Shown here: positions 47,812 to 58,716 of the stretch, piece after piece
Layout: every line of letters starts with the position of its first letter
Numbering within the stretch: the stretch's first letter is position 1
Position numbers and translations under genes: made by a program
Source: an uncultured Verrucomicrobiae bacterium
GTDB lineage: Bacteria > Verrucomicrobiota > Verrucomicrobiia > Limisphaerales > Palsa-1400
Reading direction: 5' to 3'
DNA length: 64,000 nt
Assembly (NCBI GenBank): GCA_963707025.1
Contig: CAVPOM010000006.1
Location: 608,001-672,000 of the forward strand
The notes under the pieces: generated by a model
What the model was told of the DNA's origin: nothing
The model's input: only the letters and a program-made list of their open reading frames with translations
The model's database searches: none

Positions 47812-49848
47812 ATGAGAATCCTTTCCATTTGCGTTCTCTTCGGAACATTGGGATTTCTGCCCCAGAGCATCAACGACGCGATGGCTCAAGAGGCGAATCA
47901 ACTCACGCCGGTGCCGATTCAATCGGTGACGATCGAAGATTCCTTCTGGTCACCCAAACGCAAGGTCTGGCAGGAAGTCACCATCCCGGATTGCTTTGAC
48001 AAGTTCGAGAATGACCGCGGCGGTGCGTTGAATAATTTTGACCGCGTTCGCGATGGCAAGTCGGACGGTCACGCGGGCCCGCCGTGGTATGACGGATTGA
48101 TTCACGAAATGATCCGTGGCTCGGCTGACTTTCTGGCGGCCCATCCGGATCCGGCGTTGGAAAAGCGGATTGACAGCTACATCTCCCGCATTGCGGCGGC
48201 CCAGGACAAGGATCCGAATGGTTATCTTAATACGTGGACAGAGCTGGAACATCCCAACCAGCGCTGGGGACTGAACGTCGGCAATGACGGCATGCAGCAC
48301 GAAATGTATAACGTGGGCGCGCTCTGCGAGGCGGCCGTTCATTATTATCAGGCCACGGGCAAAACCAGCTTGCTCAAAGTCGCCGTCAAGCTGGCAAATT
48401 ACACCTGCGACCAAATCGGGCCGGCGCCAAAATACGAATTGGTTCCCAACCACGCCATCGCCGAGGAAGCGTTTGGAAATTTGTATCTGTTTTTTCGCGA
48501 ACATCCGGAACTGAAACGCGGGATGCCGGTCACGGTGGATGAACGACACTATCTGGATCTCGCGCAATACTGGGTGGAAGCGCGCGGACATCAGCGCAAA
48601 GATCAGCCGTCGTATGGCGCCTACAACCAAGACGACCAGCCGGTCTTTGAGCAACAAACCATCGAAGGTCACGCGGTTCGCGCGGCGTTGTTGGCCGCGG
48701 GCGTGAGCGCCCTTGCGGGCATCAACGGCCGCGGCGATTATCGCGCCGCCGCCGTTCGCTTGTGGGAAAATATGAACGGCAAAAAAACGTATGTGACTGG
48801 CGGCATTGGCGCGACCGCGAGGAACGAAGCCTTTGGCAGAGATTATTTCCTGCCGAACGACGGCTACCTGGAAACCTGCGGCGCAGTCGGCGGGGGGTTC
48901 TTTGATCGCAACCTGAACCTGCTCACCGGTGACGCGCGATACGTGGACGCGCTGGAGCGCGAACTTTACAACGGGGCGCTGGCCGGCGTTTCGCTGGCGG
49001 GAAATTCCTACACTTACGTCAACCCGCTGCAAGCGGCTAACGGCAACTCGCGTTGGGCATGGAATGGTTGCCCGTGCTGTCCGCCGATGTTTCTGAAGTT
49101 GATGGGCGCGATGCCTGGCTATATTTATGCTCAAGACAAGACGGGCGTTTATGTGGACCTGTTCGTCGGCAGCAAAGCGAAGATTCAACTGGCTGGCCAC
49201 ACTGTCCGCGTGACCCAGACGACGGATTATCCCTGGAATGGCAATCTAAGAATTGCCATTGAGCCAGCCAGGGCCGACGAATTCGATTTGCATATCCGCA
49301 TTCCCGGCTGGTGCCAGGGGGCGACGTTGCCGGACGATTTGTATCAAGCCGGCAACCGTCCGCTGAACGGGGCCGCGCACCTGAAAATAAACGGCAAGCG
49401 GGTCGAGAATGTTGATATTATTCACGGCTACGCCATGCTACAGCGCCGCTGGAAATCCGGTGATGTCGTGCAGGTGAATTTCGACATGCCCGTGCAACGC
49501 GTGACCGCGAATCCAAATGTCGAGGCCGACAAAGGCCGGGCTGCCTTGATGCGCGGTCCGATTGTTTACTGCTTTGAGGGCGCGGACAACGGAGCGGCGG
49601 TGCAAAATCTCGTCATTCCTCCGGGAACGGTATTCACCCCGGAATACCGGAGCAATTTGCTCGGCGGAGTCACCGTTCTCAATGGAACCGCCACAGGAGT
49701 GTTTCGGACCGGCAATAACCAGATGACTTCCACGCCATTCCATGTCACGGCAACGCCTTATTACGCCAACGCCAATCGCGGCACCTGCCAGATGCAAGTT
49801 TGGATGCCGGAAAACCGGGATGGGGCCAAACCGCAAGGACAAGACTGA
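47812..49848 (+). CDS. GH127 beta-L-arabinofuranosidase
   Basis: HEMYNVG, EGHAVRA, YVTGGIG, YLETCG, ERELYNG, CPCCPP, RGPIVYC; start MRILSI. Confidence 0.92.
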   Translation: MRILSICVLFGTLGFLPQSINDAMAQEANQLTPVPIQSVTIEDSFWSPKRKVWQEVTIPDCFDKFENDRGGALNNFDRVRDGKSDGHAGPPWYDGLIHEMIRGSADFLAAHPDPALEKRIDSYISRIAAAQDKDPNGYLNTWTELEHPNQRWGLNVGNDGMQHEMYNVGALCEAAVHYYQATGKTSLLKVAVKLANYTCDQIGPAPKYELVPNHAIAEEAFGNLYLFFREHPELKRGMPVTVDERHYLDLAQYWVEARGHQRKDQPSYGAYNQDDQPVFEQQTIEGHAVRAALLAAGVSALAGINGRGDYRAAAVRLWENMNGKKTYVTGGIGATARNEAFGRDYFLPNDGYLETCGAVGGGFFDRNLNLLTGDARYVDALERELYNGALAGVSLAGNSYTYVNPLQAANGNSRWAWNGCPCCPPMFLKLMGAMPGYIYAQDKTGVYVDLFVGSKAKIQLAGHTVRVTQTTDYPWNGNLRIAIEPARADEFDLHIRIPGWCQGATLPDDLYQAGNRPLNGAAHLKINGKRVENVDIIHGYAMLQRRWKSGDVVQVNFDMPVQRVTANPNVEADKGRAALMRGPIVYCFEGADNGAAVQNLVIPPGTVFTPEYRSNLLGGVTVLNGTATGVFRTGNNQMTSTPFHVTATPYYANANRGTCQMQVWMPENRDGAKPQGQD

Positions 49849-50077
49849 AACAATCCGGTTTCGTGGCTTCAGCGGTATATTGCAATTTACCGGAGGACCG
49901 CTGTGCGGTTGCGGCGGGATCTGAAAACCGTCTCCGGTTTCTGTTTGTAAAGCCAGCGGCGAAATTTCCGCTCGATGCGCCTTACAGAATCAGCCTCGAA
50001 ATGGATGATCCTCACTCACATGCGGTTCGAGCCATTTGCATAATGTTGTTTTCCTTCTGATATGAATAAACGACCTT

Positions 50078-50131
50078 GGAGTGGCCGGTTGAACTGCCCG
50101 CGAGTGGCCGGTTTTCAACCGCCCGGTGACA
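50078..50131 (-). mobile_element. IS21-family terminal sequence (orphan end)
   Basis: Minus strand TGTCACCGGGCGGTTGAAAACCGGCCACT...AACCGGCCACT: TGT end with tandem internal repeats; no istA/istB follows. Confidence 0.6.
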
Positions 50132-50308
50132 GCTCCGGGGCAGATTGTGCCGGCGATACGACAACAACCAACGCGTGCCCTTGGTGGCGACCATGGCATC
50201 CTCGCTCTCGGTCTGCCGGACCAATTCCCGGCGCAAATCAGCGAGTTTCTCATTCATCAGCTTCATCACGTGAAATCGGTCGAACACAATCAGCGCCTCG
50301 GGCAGCAT
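50132..50308 (-). mobile_element. ISL3 transposase internal remnant
   Basis: LPEALIVFDRFHVMKLMNEKLADLRR...KGTRWLL, containing the ISL3 DRFHV motif. Confidence 0.8.
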
Positions 50309-50324
50309 TGAAGTGAGGCGACGG

Positions 50325-52629
50325 TTAACGGTTCTCGACCGCCAGCACCATGCCGGGGTCGGATAAGTCGCCGGGAGTCGCGGCCTGGGTGCCGACCTGT
50401 TCAATGAGGCTGCCCGGAATGGTAATTGTCGCACCGCCAATGCGGACCAACCGCGTAATGTCTTCCGCGCCGTCGCCGGCCAGGTCTTGAGCCAGGATGC
50501 GAGCGTCGCGCAGCGGGCTTTTCAGTTGGAGAGTCAGATTCCGGTAGTGTCCGAAAATGCCAAAGGGACCTTTGGCGTCAGCCGTGTTGACGGTTACGTC
50601 GGCGGAAGGCATGAACCAGGCGTTGGTCTTGGCAGTCCGTTCCAACGCGCAGACGGCGACGGCGCCGTTGGGGAATTGCCCCGCGATGACAAAGGGCAAT
50701 TCGCCTTCCGCGGCGACCAGCGGGAGCGGCAGGTTCCGCGAAACGCGGGCGGGCGCGCCTTGCTTCGCGTCCTTGCCCAGGACTTGCGAATCCCACGTCT
50801 CGCCGCGCTGGAATACCCAATCGTCGGTGAGAATGGCAGTGTCCAGATTTACGAAGCCGTTCCCGGCCGCATAAGGTTCCGCCAGCCGCTGCCAGTGCAG
50901 AGCGCGGACGACTTCATCCATGCGACGTTTGAGCTGTCTGGGGCCGGCGAAAAACAGATCCGGATCGCCATTGGGGCGCAAGCCCACGAGCGGGAAACGC
51001 ATGACCCCCATCGTGCAGCCGAGCGTGGCCGCGATATACACTTCGTCTTCGCAATTGATGAGGGCAGTGGCCTCGGGGTGTCCCTGCGCCGCATGGAGCG
51101 TCTGCGCCACGCGGTCCAGCGTCGTGGCAACAGAGAGCAGCGGACTAACATCATAGGTGCGGAAGACGTTTGTGTTCCTCAATACTCTGATGCGGCCGGA
51201 ATTCCAATTCAGAGTCGGGAACCTCCCCTCATTTTGCCAATCTCCGTTGAATGGGCCTTCCCCGCTCATGTGCTCCAGGATCAAAGCGGGATACTCGGCC
51301 TGCTTAAGGTGCTGCACGGAAAGGTCCCCGTCGCCGCCGTCAATTTTCCAATACCCCACCCCGGCGTCCTCGCTCCACTTCAGGAGCGGCTCGATCCTGA
51401 TTGGTGGTGTTTGGCGTCCCGCGAGTCCAAAGCGCCAGACCGCGCCAGCCCTCCTTGCGAACGGCCTGGCTCAGCAGTTTGAGCCGTTCCCCCGGCGTGC
51501 CCGCGAAAGACGGAAATTTATTTGTGTCCAGCACCATCGAACTGGAGCGTCCGGCATAATATCCATCGTCCATAAGAAAATAGAGGTCCTGACGCACCTT
51601 CGGATAGAACGTCTTCGCCCACCCATGCGGCCCGAACACCTGATCCTCGGTGAAGGCAGCCTTCGCCAGGTTGGCGCCGCTGCCGCCTTCCAAGATCGCT
51701 ATATCAATGTTGGAAGCGCCCTGTCCATAGGCATAATTCTGGGTTTCCCAGGTGCAAAAGTAATTCGGCGCGGTGGCCGGCTCCTGGGGAACCAAGTTGA
51801 CATTCGCGCCGCCGGACGCCTCGGCCCATGCCTTGCCGATGACATTGAGTAAACCATCGGAAGTCTGCAGCGACAATGTCCTCTGATTGGGGATCAGTGA
51901 ATACCACGCGTAACGCTCCACATACGAGAGGCTTTTCATCATGGCCGCCGACGAGGTCGCGAAGCGGGCGGCTGTCTCGGCGTCAGGATAGGTCTCGGTG
52001 TTCCAGTTCACCATGGCATATTCCGTCACCCAGACCGGGATGTGGTAGGTGTCGTGGACATAGGCGATCTCTTGGCGGAGGTTTTCGGTTGCCTGCGCCA
52101 CATCGAAGTTTGATTGATAGGGGTGAATGCAGATAAAGTCCACGCGATAGCCCTGTGCTTTGATTTGCGCCATGAACTGCGCCAGCCATCCATTGGTTTT
52201 GGTATCGTCTCCCCTTCCTGTGGCTGGACTGCCGAGTCGCAAACCGGTGGCCTGCAATCGCGGCCAGTCGGCAATCGCCTGCTCAACTGTCATGTGCGAT
52301 TGTCCCCACTCGTTGGGCTCGTTGAAGCCGAGTAGAACGCCGGCACCAGTGGCAACAGCGGCATCAAGGTCTTTCTGGTTCACATTATTGTGGCCCCAGA
52401 TCATCGGAACAAACTGAATGCCAGGCGTCTCCCCGATCGGGGACGTTCCCCAGTCATAGTACCAGCCAACACGCAGGGCACCCATGTTAGCAATTGCTCG
52501 CGGAATGCGGGGATAATTACCCACACCTTTTTGGGCAACTTGAGCACTTGCACAAAGCAGCATGGTGAAAGAAATGGCTATCGTGGCGCTGACGATGCGT
52601 GCCGTCAGAAAAGGCTGTATTTTGTTCAT
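50325..52629 (-). CDS. Two-domain glycoside hydrolase: GH128-like (Glyco_hydro_cc) plus clan GH-D-like barrel; frameshift at ~51400
   Basis: WYYDW, FVPMIWG, LGFNEP, PVWVTEY, VERYAWY, then NYFCTW, LMDDGY and, in the next frame, IEPLLKWSEDAGVGYWKIDGGD and FRTYD. Confidence 0.75.
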
Positions 52630-53180
52630 GGGGTCATTTGTCGGCACCGGGGCCGATGGGCTGCGTTCCGACTATCTTTAGGAACGCCACTCCGGGGGCC
52701 GGAACCTTGGTGGTATAGCTGGCAAATGTTCCCATATCCTGCCTGGCCCTTGTATCACGAACCGAGAAACGGCCATTTAATCCAAGCATGCTCGCGTTCA
52801 CGGTCATATTAGTTGATATTTCCCATTTGATTTCTTGCCCACAACCAGCGTGGGTTCTTTCTTGAAGCTCTTCCCACTTCATAGATTTGCAAGCCATTTT
52901 TCTCCCGGATGCGGAGACACCTCCTCAGTAGTTTCCGGTGTTTTGACATGATCCGCCTGCGCATCCGTGAAGATGGATTCCTGAGCCGGATCATGTCGCC
53001 GCAATGGCCGGCAGGAGGCGTGGCCCGCAAAACCGGCACCGTGTGGGCGGCCAGGGCGGCGCAATACACCGTGGAATAAATAATCAACGGCAGTCCGCTT
53101 GATGATTCAACCTTCGCCCCGGCTCATTTCCCCGTTTTCACAAACCGTCGGCAAAAATCCCGCACCGACCGCGCCGCACT

Positions 53181-56100
53181 TTATCGGGCGACCGCTCGCA
53201 GCGTGAAGGCGCCTGAGAGCGGACTGGCTTTGCTCGCTCTAATGTCGTGGGCCGACACCCAGTTTCCGCTGAAATCCCGCGGGCCGGCGACTTCGCGACT
53301 GGCGAAGAGGGTCGTGCCACCCGGCGTTTTGGAATCCGCCCGGCCGATCAAGGGCATGTCCGCAACCGGCAGCAGCACCAAGCCAACCCCCGCAGTGTCG
53401 GAAAGCTTGAGCCAGTGCAGGTTGCGCTTCGAGGCGCGGAACAGGACGTTGCCGGCGCGACAGGTTCCCGAAGGCTCGCCAACGTGCCCGTCGGGATAGT
53501 CCGTGAAATAGGCATCGCGCTGCCAACTCATTTGCGTCATGGCGGCTGGCAAGGAAAACTTCATGCCTTCTTCCCAGAGGCTCTTGTTGTCGCCGGTCCA
53601 ATCCAGAGTCCAGTTCACCACCACTTCGGCATCCGTTTTGATGTCGTACGTGGAGGTGAGGGCGCCGAGCGTGGCGCCGCCAGCCGCCCCAAGGACTTTA
53701 CTGGTGACCGAGACGCGTATTGTGCCGTCGGCACTGGCGGGCGCGGCCGTCACTTGGGCGCTGTCGGTGACTGGCGGATTCGGGGCGCGATAGAACGCTC
53801 TTTCACTGCTGGCTTTTGCCTCCCCAAGGTTCAGAATAGGGCCGCCAACAACAATAGCCTTGCCGTGGACGCGCCATGACTGCATGGTCCCGGAGCGCTT
53901 GTCGAAAACAATCTCCTGAAGGTGGTTTGAAACACGGAGCGTGTCCGGGCTGTCCTGAGTGGTCAGAGCATCGCCGGAGGCCAAGGCTGCGGGCGCTTCT
54001 GGAACGGGAGCACCGTCCACCGCCAGGTTAACGGCCACGACGGAAGTGCCATCGGCATGGTCGAACTCCAGCCGCAGTTTCGTAACTCCTTTCGGAGCGG
54101 GGAACGAAGCTTGGACCGATTCTGCCGGCGCACAGTTTATATGCTGGACACCGCTTTTCAGGGTCGCCGTGCCCTTGTAGGCAGTCCAGCGACAGGCCAG
54201 TTCGCTGAGATCAGTGAACGAGTAGCGATTGGTGATTGACACGGCAAAAGTTCCGCCGGAGGCCGGGAGTATGCACGTTCCGACCTGGACCGGGCTATAG
54301 ACCTGCTTGACGATCCACCATTCGGGCTTGAGAACCCGGTATGCGGTGACGACTCCCTTGTCGTTTTCCTGCCTGAGATTATCCGGCCCCCAGGGGCCTT
54401 CGTGGGGCGCTGGCGCATTTTTGTCGGCAATGCCCTGGCTCTGCCATTCCCAGATAAAAGATCCGAGAATGGTGGGGGCTTTCCAAACCTTGTTCCAAAC
54501 CCCGATCATCGCTTCGGACCAAAGATCATGCTCACCCGGGTCGTATTTTTGCGTTTCCGGCTGCCAGAAGATGTGCGGGTTTTCGGAGAAGTTCGCGGGC
54601 CTGCCGCTCCTGATGATCGTGTCAACCGCACCAGGTGAGGGATAATGATCGTCCTGCCAGAGCTGACCGGTGACGTTGCGCGGGCTGGTGCTGGAGACGA
54701 ATGCCGGGCGGGTCGGGTCGGTGGCCCTGACCAGGTTCATGACCTCTTGGGAATTCGGTCCCATCGGATTTTCGTTGCCAAGGCTCCAAGCGAGGACGCA
54801 GGGGCGGTTCTTGTCCCGGGCGAGAGTCTCAGTCGCGCGTTGCAGCAGGAAAGGCGCGTAGGCAGGATCTCTGACTTGATTGCCAATCCAGCAGTAGGGG
54901 ACTTCGTCGAGGATGTACATGCCCTTTTCTTCACAGAGTTCCAGGAATCGCTGCGCATGGTTGTAGTGGCTGGTGCGAACGGCATTGATATTGGCGGCCT
55001 TCATCAGGGTCAGGTCCTTTTCCCAGTTGGCTTCGATCAGAGCAAATCCCTTGTCCGCCCAATAATCGTGGCGGCAGGTGCCGGTGCATTTGATGGGGCG
55101 GCCGTTCCAGAGAACGATGTTATTCTTGAAGTCAATTTGCTTGAATCCGAACCGCTGCTCGACACGCTCCACCGGTTTCCCGCCGGTGGTGAGCTGCATG
55201 ACGGCGTAATAGAGGTTGGGCTTCTCAGCGCACCAGAGGGCTGGCGCCTTCACCGGGGCGGTCATGGCGATGGTGGCGGTGCCGTCCGCGCCAATGATTC
55301 CATGACCGGAAATCTGAACACCGACCGGGGTGGAAGGCTTCGCCGCGACCAGGTTGCCGGTGATAGCGACAGCCTCCCCTGGCGTGCCCGTGACCTGCAC
55401 CGTGGTGTTGAGCGTGGCGTCCCGGTACTCCGAATCCAGCGGCGTCTGAATGGTGATGTCTGAGACATGGGTTTGCGGTACTGCGATCAGGGAGGTGTCG
55501 CGGTAGATTCCTCCCATGCACTGATAGTCGCCAGTCTCGCAGTCGTCGGAGGGAGTGGTTTTGGAGACGCGAACGGCGAAAAGGTTGCGCTGGCCGGGCT
55601 TGACCAATCCGGTCAAGTTGATATTCCAGGCGGTGTAGCCGCTCTCGTGATAGCCGGCTTTTTGACCGTTGGCATAGACCTCGGCGCCGTCCAGAGCGCC
55701 GTCGAAGTGCCAATAGATATTCCGGCCCTGCCATGACGCCGGCACATTGACCCACCGCCGATACTGGCCAACCGTGTTGTCAACCGAACCGTATGTGGGT
55801 GCGGAATAGCCATACATTTCCCAGTTGGAGGGAACCGGGAGGTCATCCCAGCTCGCGTCATTAAAGGTGGGCGCGGCAAACTCATCGAGAGGGGCCTCCG
55901 GGTTGGCCGGCGCCTTCTGCTCAAGCGGCTGCCATACTACTTCCTGCCCCGCACGCTCGACATGGATCTGAAACTCACAGATGGAGGCCCAGGCGCCGGA
56001 GGCATGCCCTTTGACCGTCACCCTGACGAAACGAGCATTCGCGGGCGTTGTTTTGACAGGCCCATTGCCAATCCCAGGTTCAGCCGAGGCATCCGCCAGC

Positions 56101-56582
56101 GTGACCCATTTTCCGCCATCTTCTTTGCCTTCGATGCGGCATTGATACCCGCCCGCCGCCTTCTCCCAAGTGAGGCTTGCTCCGGTGACATGCTCAGTCT
56201 TGCCGAGATCGGCCTGCAGCCATTGCGGAACGCTGTCATCGCTCGCGCACCAACGCGTGTTGTTTTGGCCATCGAATGCGTCTTCCGGAGGGTGGTTCCC
56301 CTCGCTGCTCGACGCACTGATCCCCAGTTTTCCCACAGGGCCCTGGGCGAAGACGCCCCCTGCCTCGATGCGACCGTGCGTCAGCGCAAATTTCCAGGTG
56401 CCGGTCATCGGCAGGTTCCACGGGTTTTTCGAACGCAGCGCGTCCGGCGGCACCGGGGCGGCGGTTGGCAGGGGCAGGGGCAAAGAGGCGGGGGAGACGC
56501 GCCCGACATCCTGCGCCATCGCGGGACAGGCGAGAGTGGTCAATATTGGGACGCACAGCAGTGTAAAGGTCTTGAAGCTCAT
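53181..56582 (-). CDS. GH2 beta-galactosidase-like enzyme with inserted F5/8 type C (CBM32) domain
   Basis: VPSNWE, GGIYRD, LWCAEKPNLY, NINAVRTSHY, WSLGNE, GSFIWEW; discoidin motifs AFDG..NTRW and QWLQADLG. Confidence 0.88.
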   Translation of the reverse strand: MSFKTFTLLCVPILTTLACPAMAQDVGRVSPASLPLPLPTAAPVPPDALRSKNPWNLPMTGTWKFALTHGRIEAGGVFAQGPVGKLGISASSSEGNHPPEDAFDGQNNTRWCASDDSVPQWLQADLGKTEHVTGASLTWEKAAGGYQCRIEGKEDGGKWVTLADASAEPGIGNGPVKTTPANARFVRVTVKGHASGAWASICEFQIHVERAGQEVVWQPLEQKAPANPEAPLDEFAAPTFNDASWDDLPVPSNWEMYGYSAPTYGSVDNTVGQYRRWVNVPASWQGRNIYWHFDGALDGAEVYANGQKAGYHESGYTAWNINLTGLVKPGQRNLFAVRVSKTTPSDDCETGDYQCMGGIYRDTSLIAVPQTHVSDITIQTPLDSEYRDATLNTTVQVTGTPGEAVAITGNLVAAKPSTPVGVQISGHGIIGADGTATIAMTAPVKAPALWCAEKPNLYYAVMQLTTGGKPVERVEQRFGFKQIDFKNNIVLWNGRPIKCTGTCRHDYWADKGFALIEANWEKDLTLMKAANINAVRTSHYNHAQRFLELCEEKGMYILDEVPYCWIGNQVRDPAYAPFLLQRATETLARDKNRPCVLAWSLGNENPMGPNSQEVMNLVRATDPTRPAFVSSTSPRNVTGQLWQDDHYPSPGAVDTIIRSGRPANFSENPHIFWQPETQKYDPGEHDLWSEAMIGVWNKVWKAPTILGSFIWEWQSQGIADKNAPAPHEGPWGPDNLRQENDKGVVTAYRVLKPEWWIVKQVYSPVQVGTCILPASGGTFAVSITNRYSFTDLSELACRWTAYKGTATLKSGVQHINCAPAESVQASFPAPKGVTKLRLEFDHADGTSVVAVNLAVDGAPVPEAPAALASGDALTTQDSPDTLRVSNHLQEIVFDKRSGTMQSWRVHGKAIVVGGPILNLGEAKASSERAFYRAPNPPVTDSAQVTAAPASADGTIRVSVTSKVLGAAGGATLGALTSTYDIKTDAEVVVNWTLDWTGDNKSLWEEGMKFSLPAAMTQMSWQRDAYFTDYPDGHVGEPSGTCRAGNVLFRASKRNLHWLKLSDTAGVGLVLLPVADMPLIGRADSKTPGGTTLFASREVAGPRDFSGNWVSAHDIRASKASPLSGAFTLRAVAR

Positions 56583-56819
56583 TGGTAACTATTCCTGGCT
56601 TTTCGTTGGACTGGCCCGGAGTTTGAGGGCGTGGGAACGTGAAGGCAATCAAAAAGCGGGAAGCGAAAATGACCGCGAACTGGATTCCCAAAGATTTAAA
56701 CACGGACGAGACTGGTTTTCCGGAGAACCTCGTGCGCACCGGGCGAAGAAAATGAAGAGATGCGATTATGCGCGACTGGTCCCGTTTCAACTTACTACCG
56801 CGCTTCGGCTTAAAATTCA

Positions 56820-57265
56820 CGTGCGTTGGTTACTCCATGGGCGCGTGGCATGCGGGGATGGCGGTCTGCCGTGATACACGTCTGGCCTCTGTCGTTCTGG
56901 CCTCGCCCGCCGTGCGCATGAATCCCTGGATAGAGCAACGCACTATGAGCCCTGCTATTCGGGGGACATTGCAGAAGGTGCGCGAGCTGTGCGAGAGGTT
57001 GAATTACACTGCGCTGAATTTGACCTCGGCCCTGCCTGCCATCCCCAAGGAGAATATATTGTTGATCGAAGGTATCCATGATTTGTTTGTGCCGAAGGAA
57101 GATGTCGAGGACCTCTGGCAGGCGTGGGGACGGCCCGAAATTTGGCGGCTGCCGCACGGACACTTCGGCGTTTGTTGTGGCGTCGTGCCAGGCTTGACGG
57201 GGCGCGTCCTTCGCTGGCTGGAACCACGACTGCAGGCTGATAAAGACCAAAGAACCCCTCGTTAG
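56820..57265 (+). pseudogene. C-terminal half of an alpha/beta-hydrolase
   Basis: GYSMG nucleophile, HDLFVP, PHGH; no N-terminal half upstream. Confidence 0.6.
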
Positions 57266-57372
57266 CGGATATGAATCAAGCAGCCCTGCCATCCCGAAAA
57301 GCGAAAGCGTTGCTGCGACGGATTCTCACGGTGCTGGCGGTGTTGATCGGCGCGCTTCTGGCATATGCCGGT

Positions 57373-57522
57373 TGCCGCTTTGGCTTCGGCATAGTTCTTG
57401 AAGCTGCGGACACGCTGCTGCCTGGCCACGTAATAGCCAAGACGGTAAAAGTCATACCCCGGACTTTTGCCGTAGATCGTGGCCTTTTCGCGCCGCTGGC
57501 GGATAATGACCGGGAATTTCAT
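57373..57522 (-). mobile_element. N-terminal stub of a tRNA-associated integrase
   Basis: MKFPVIIRQRREKATIYGK...YRLGYYV...RVRSFKNYAEAKAA resembles an arm-type DNA-binding N-terminus; starts 87 nt downstream of the tRNA 3' end; catalytic domain absent. Confidence 0.55.
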
Positions 57523-57608
57523 CTTCTGGGTTTGATTTTCAGATTTGGCTGGAATTTGTGCGGAATCTGTGCGGTAAACGCCATTTTCCCCAACTTCATA
57601 GGGAGAAA

Positions 57609-57682
57609 TGGCTGTCCGACATGGATTCGAACCATGACAAAGGCCTCCAAAGGGCCTTGTGCTACCGTTACACCATCGGACA
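57609..57682 (-). tRNA. tRNA-Gln(TTG)
   Basis: TGTCCGA TGGTGTAACGGTAGCAC AAGGCC CTTTGGA GGCCT TTGT CATGGTTCGAATCCATG TCGGACA GCCA: full cloverleaf, anticodon TTG, encoded CCA. Confidence 0.97.
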
Positions 57683-57777
57683 GGGCAGGGATAGCTTAAC
57701 CCTGACGGCTGCCGACTGCCAATAGAAATCAACGGGAGGCGGGGGTGAGAGGACGAATGGGACGAACCGGCAATCGG

Positions 57778-58653
57778 TCAAGGCAGTTCGACCAAGGCAG
57801 TCCAGAATTGGGGGCCGAATTTGCCTCGGAATTTTTCGAGGAGGGTTTCGGCGCAGCCACGGGAATCGGTCAGGGCGAAGGTGGCGGAGCCGCTGCCGGT
57901 CATCAAGGTGGCGGCGGCGCCGTGTTCGCGGAAGAATTCCTGGAATAGTTGGAGCAGGGGATACTTGAGCAGGGCTGGGGCTTCCAGGGAGTTGTAGAAT
58001 TCTTTTCCCGCATCGGCCAGGGCGGCGCTTTGCAGAAGGGCGATCAGGCCTTGGGCGCGGCCGGGTTTGCCGTGGAGCGCCTCCGGACGACGGGCCAGTT
58101 GTTCGTAGGCCCACGGGGTGGAGATGCCAAAGCCGGGATGGACCAACAGCATCCAGGCGCCACCCAGCGCGGGAAAGAAATCCAGGGGGGTGATCAGTTC
58201 GCCGCGGCCAGTGGCCAGAGCCGGACGGCTTTGCAGGAAAAAGGGTACGTCGGAGCCAAGCGAACCGGCCAGTTGCAACAACAGCTCCGGGCGGAGCGGC
58301 TGGCCGAAAAGTTCATTCATGCCCAGGAGGGTGGCGGCGGCATTGCCGCTGCCGCCGCCCAAGCCCGCCGCGATGGGAATGGTCTTCTCCAGATGAATGC
58401 GGACGCCTTCGTTAATGCCGGCGGTTTTGAGAAAGCGCTCCGCCGCGGCAAAGACGAGGTTTTTGGAATTGGTCGGCAAAAGCGGGTCATTGCATTTCAG
58501 GCGCAGCCTTGTGCCGTGGCGCTGGAAGGTCAGGCAATCGTGGAGGTTGACCGGATGCAGGACGGTCTCCAGTTCGTGGAAACCATCGGGGCGCCGGCCC
58601 AGGATGTTGAGGAGGAGGTTGACCTTGCAGGAGGAATGCTTCTCAAGCGGCAT
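57778..58653 (-). CDS. ispE: 4-diphosphocytidyl-2-C-methyl-D-erythritol kinase
   Basis: KVNLLLNILGRRPDGFHEL, IPIAAGLGGGSGNAA, LGSDVPFF, MTGSGS; ispE next to tRNA-Gln is a common arrangement. Confidence 0.95.
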   Translation of the reverse strand: MPLEKHSSCKVNLLLNILGRRPDGFHELETVLHPVNLHDCLTFQRHGTRLRLKCNDPLLPTNSKNLVFAAAERFLKTAGINEGVRIHLEKTIPIAAGLGGGSGNAAATLLGMNELFGQPLRPELLLQLAGSLGSDVPFFLQSRPALATGRGELITPLDFFPALGGAWMLLVHPGFGISTPWAYEQLARRPEALHGKPGRAQGLIALLQSAALADAGKEFYNSLEAPALLKYPLLQLFQEFFREHGAAATLMTGSGSATFALTDSRGCAETLLEKFRGKFGPQFWTALVELP

Positions 58654-58716
58654 GGGAAATGGCGGGGCGCGGCCAGGCCGCCCCGCTGCTTTTTCCGGCG
58701 GATGCAACCCTCCCGG

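Noticed and set aside
57271..57699. 142-aa plus-strand membrane protein ORF
   Set aside because: It runs antisense through the integrase stub and the tRNA; only the first ~36 codons may be a truncated real gene.
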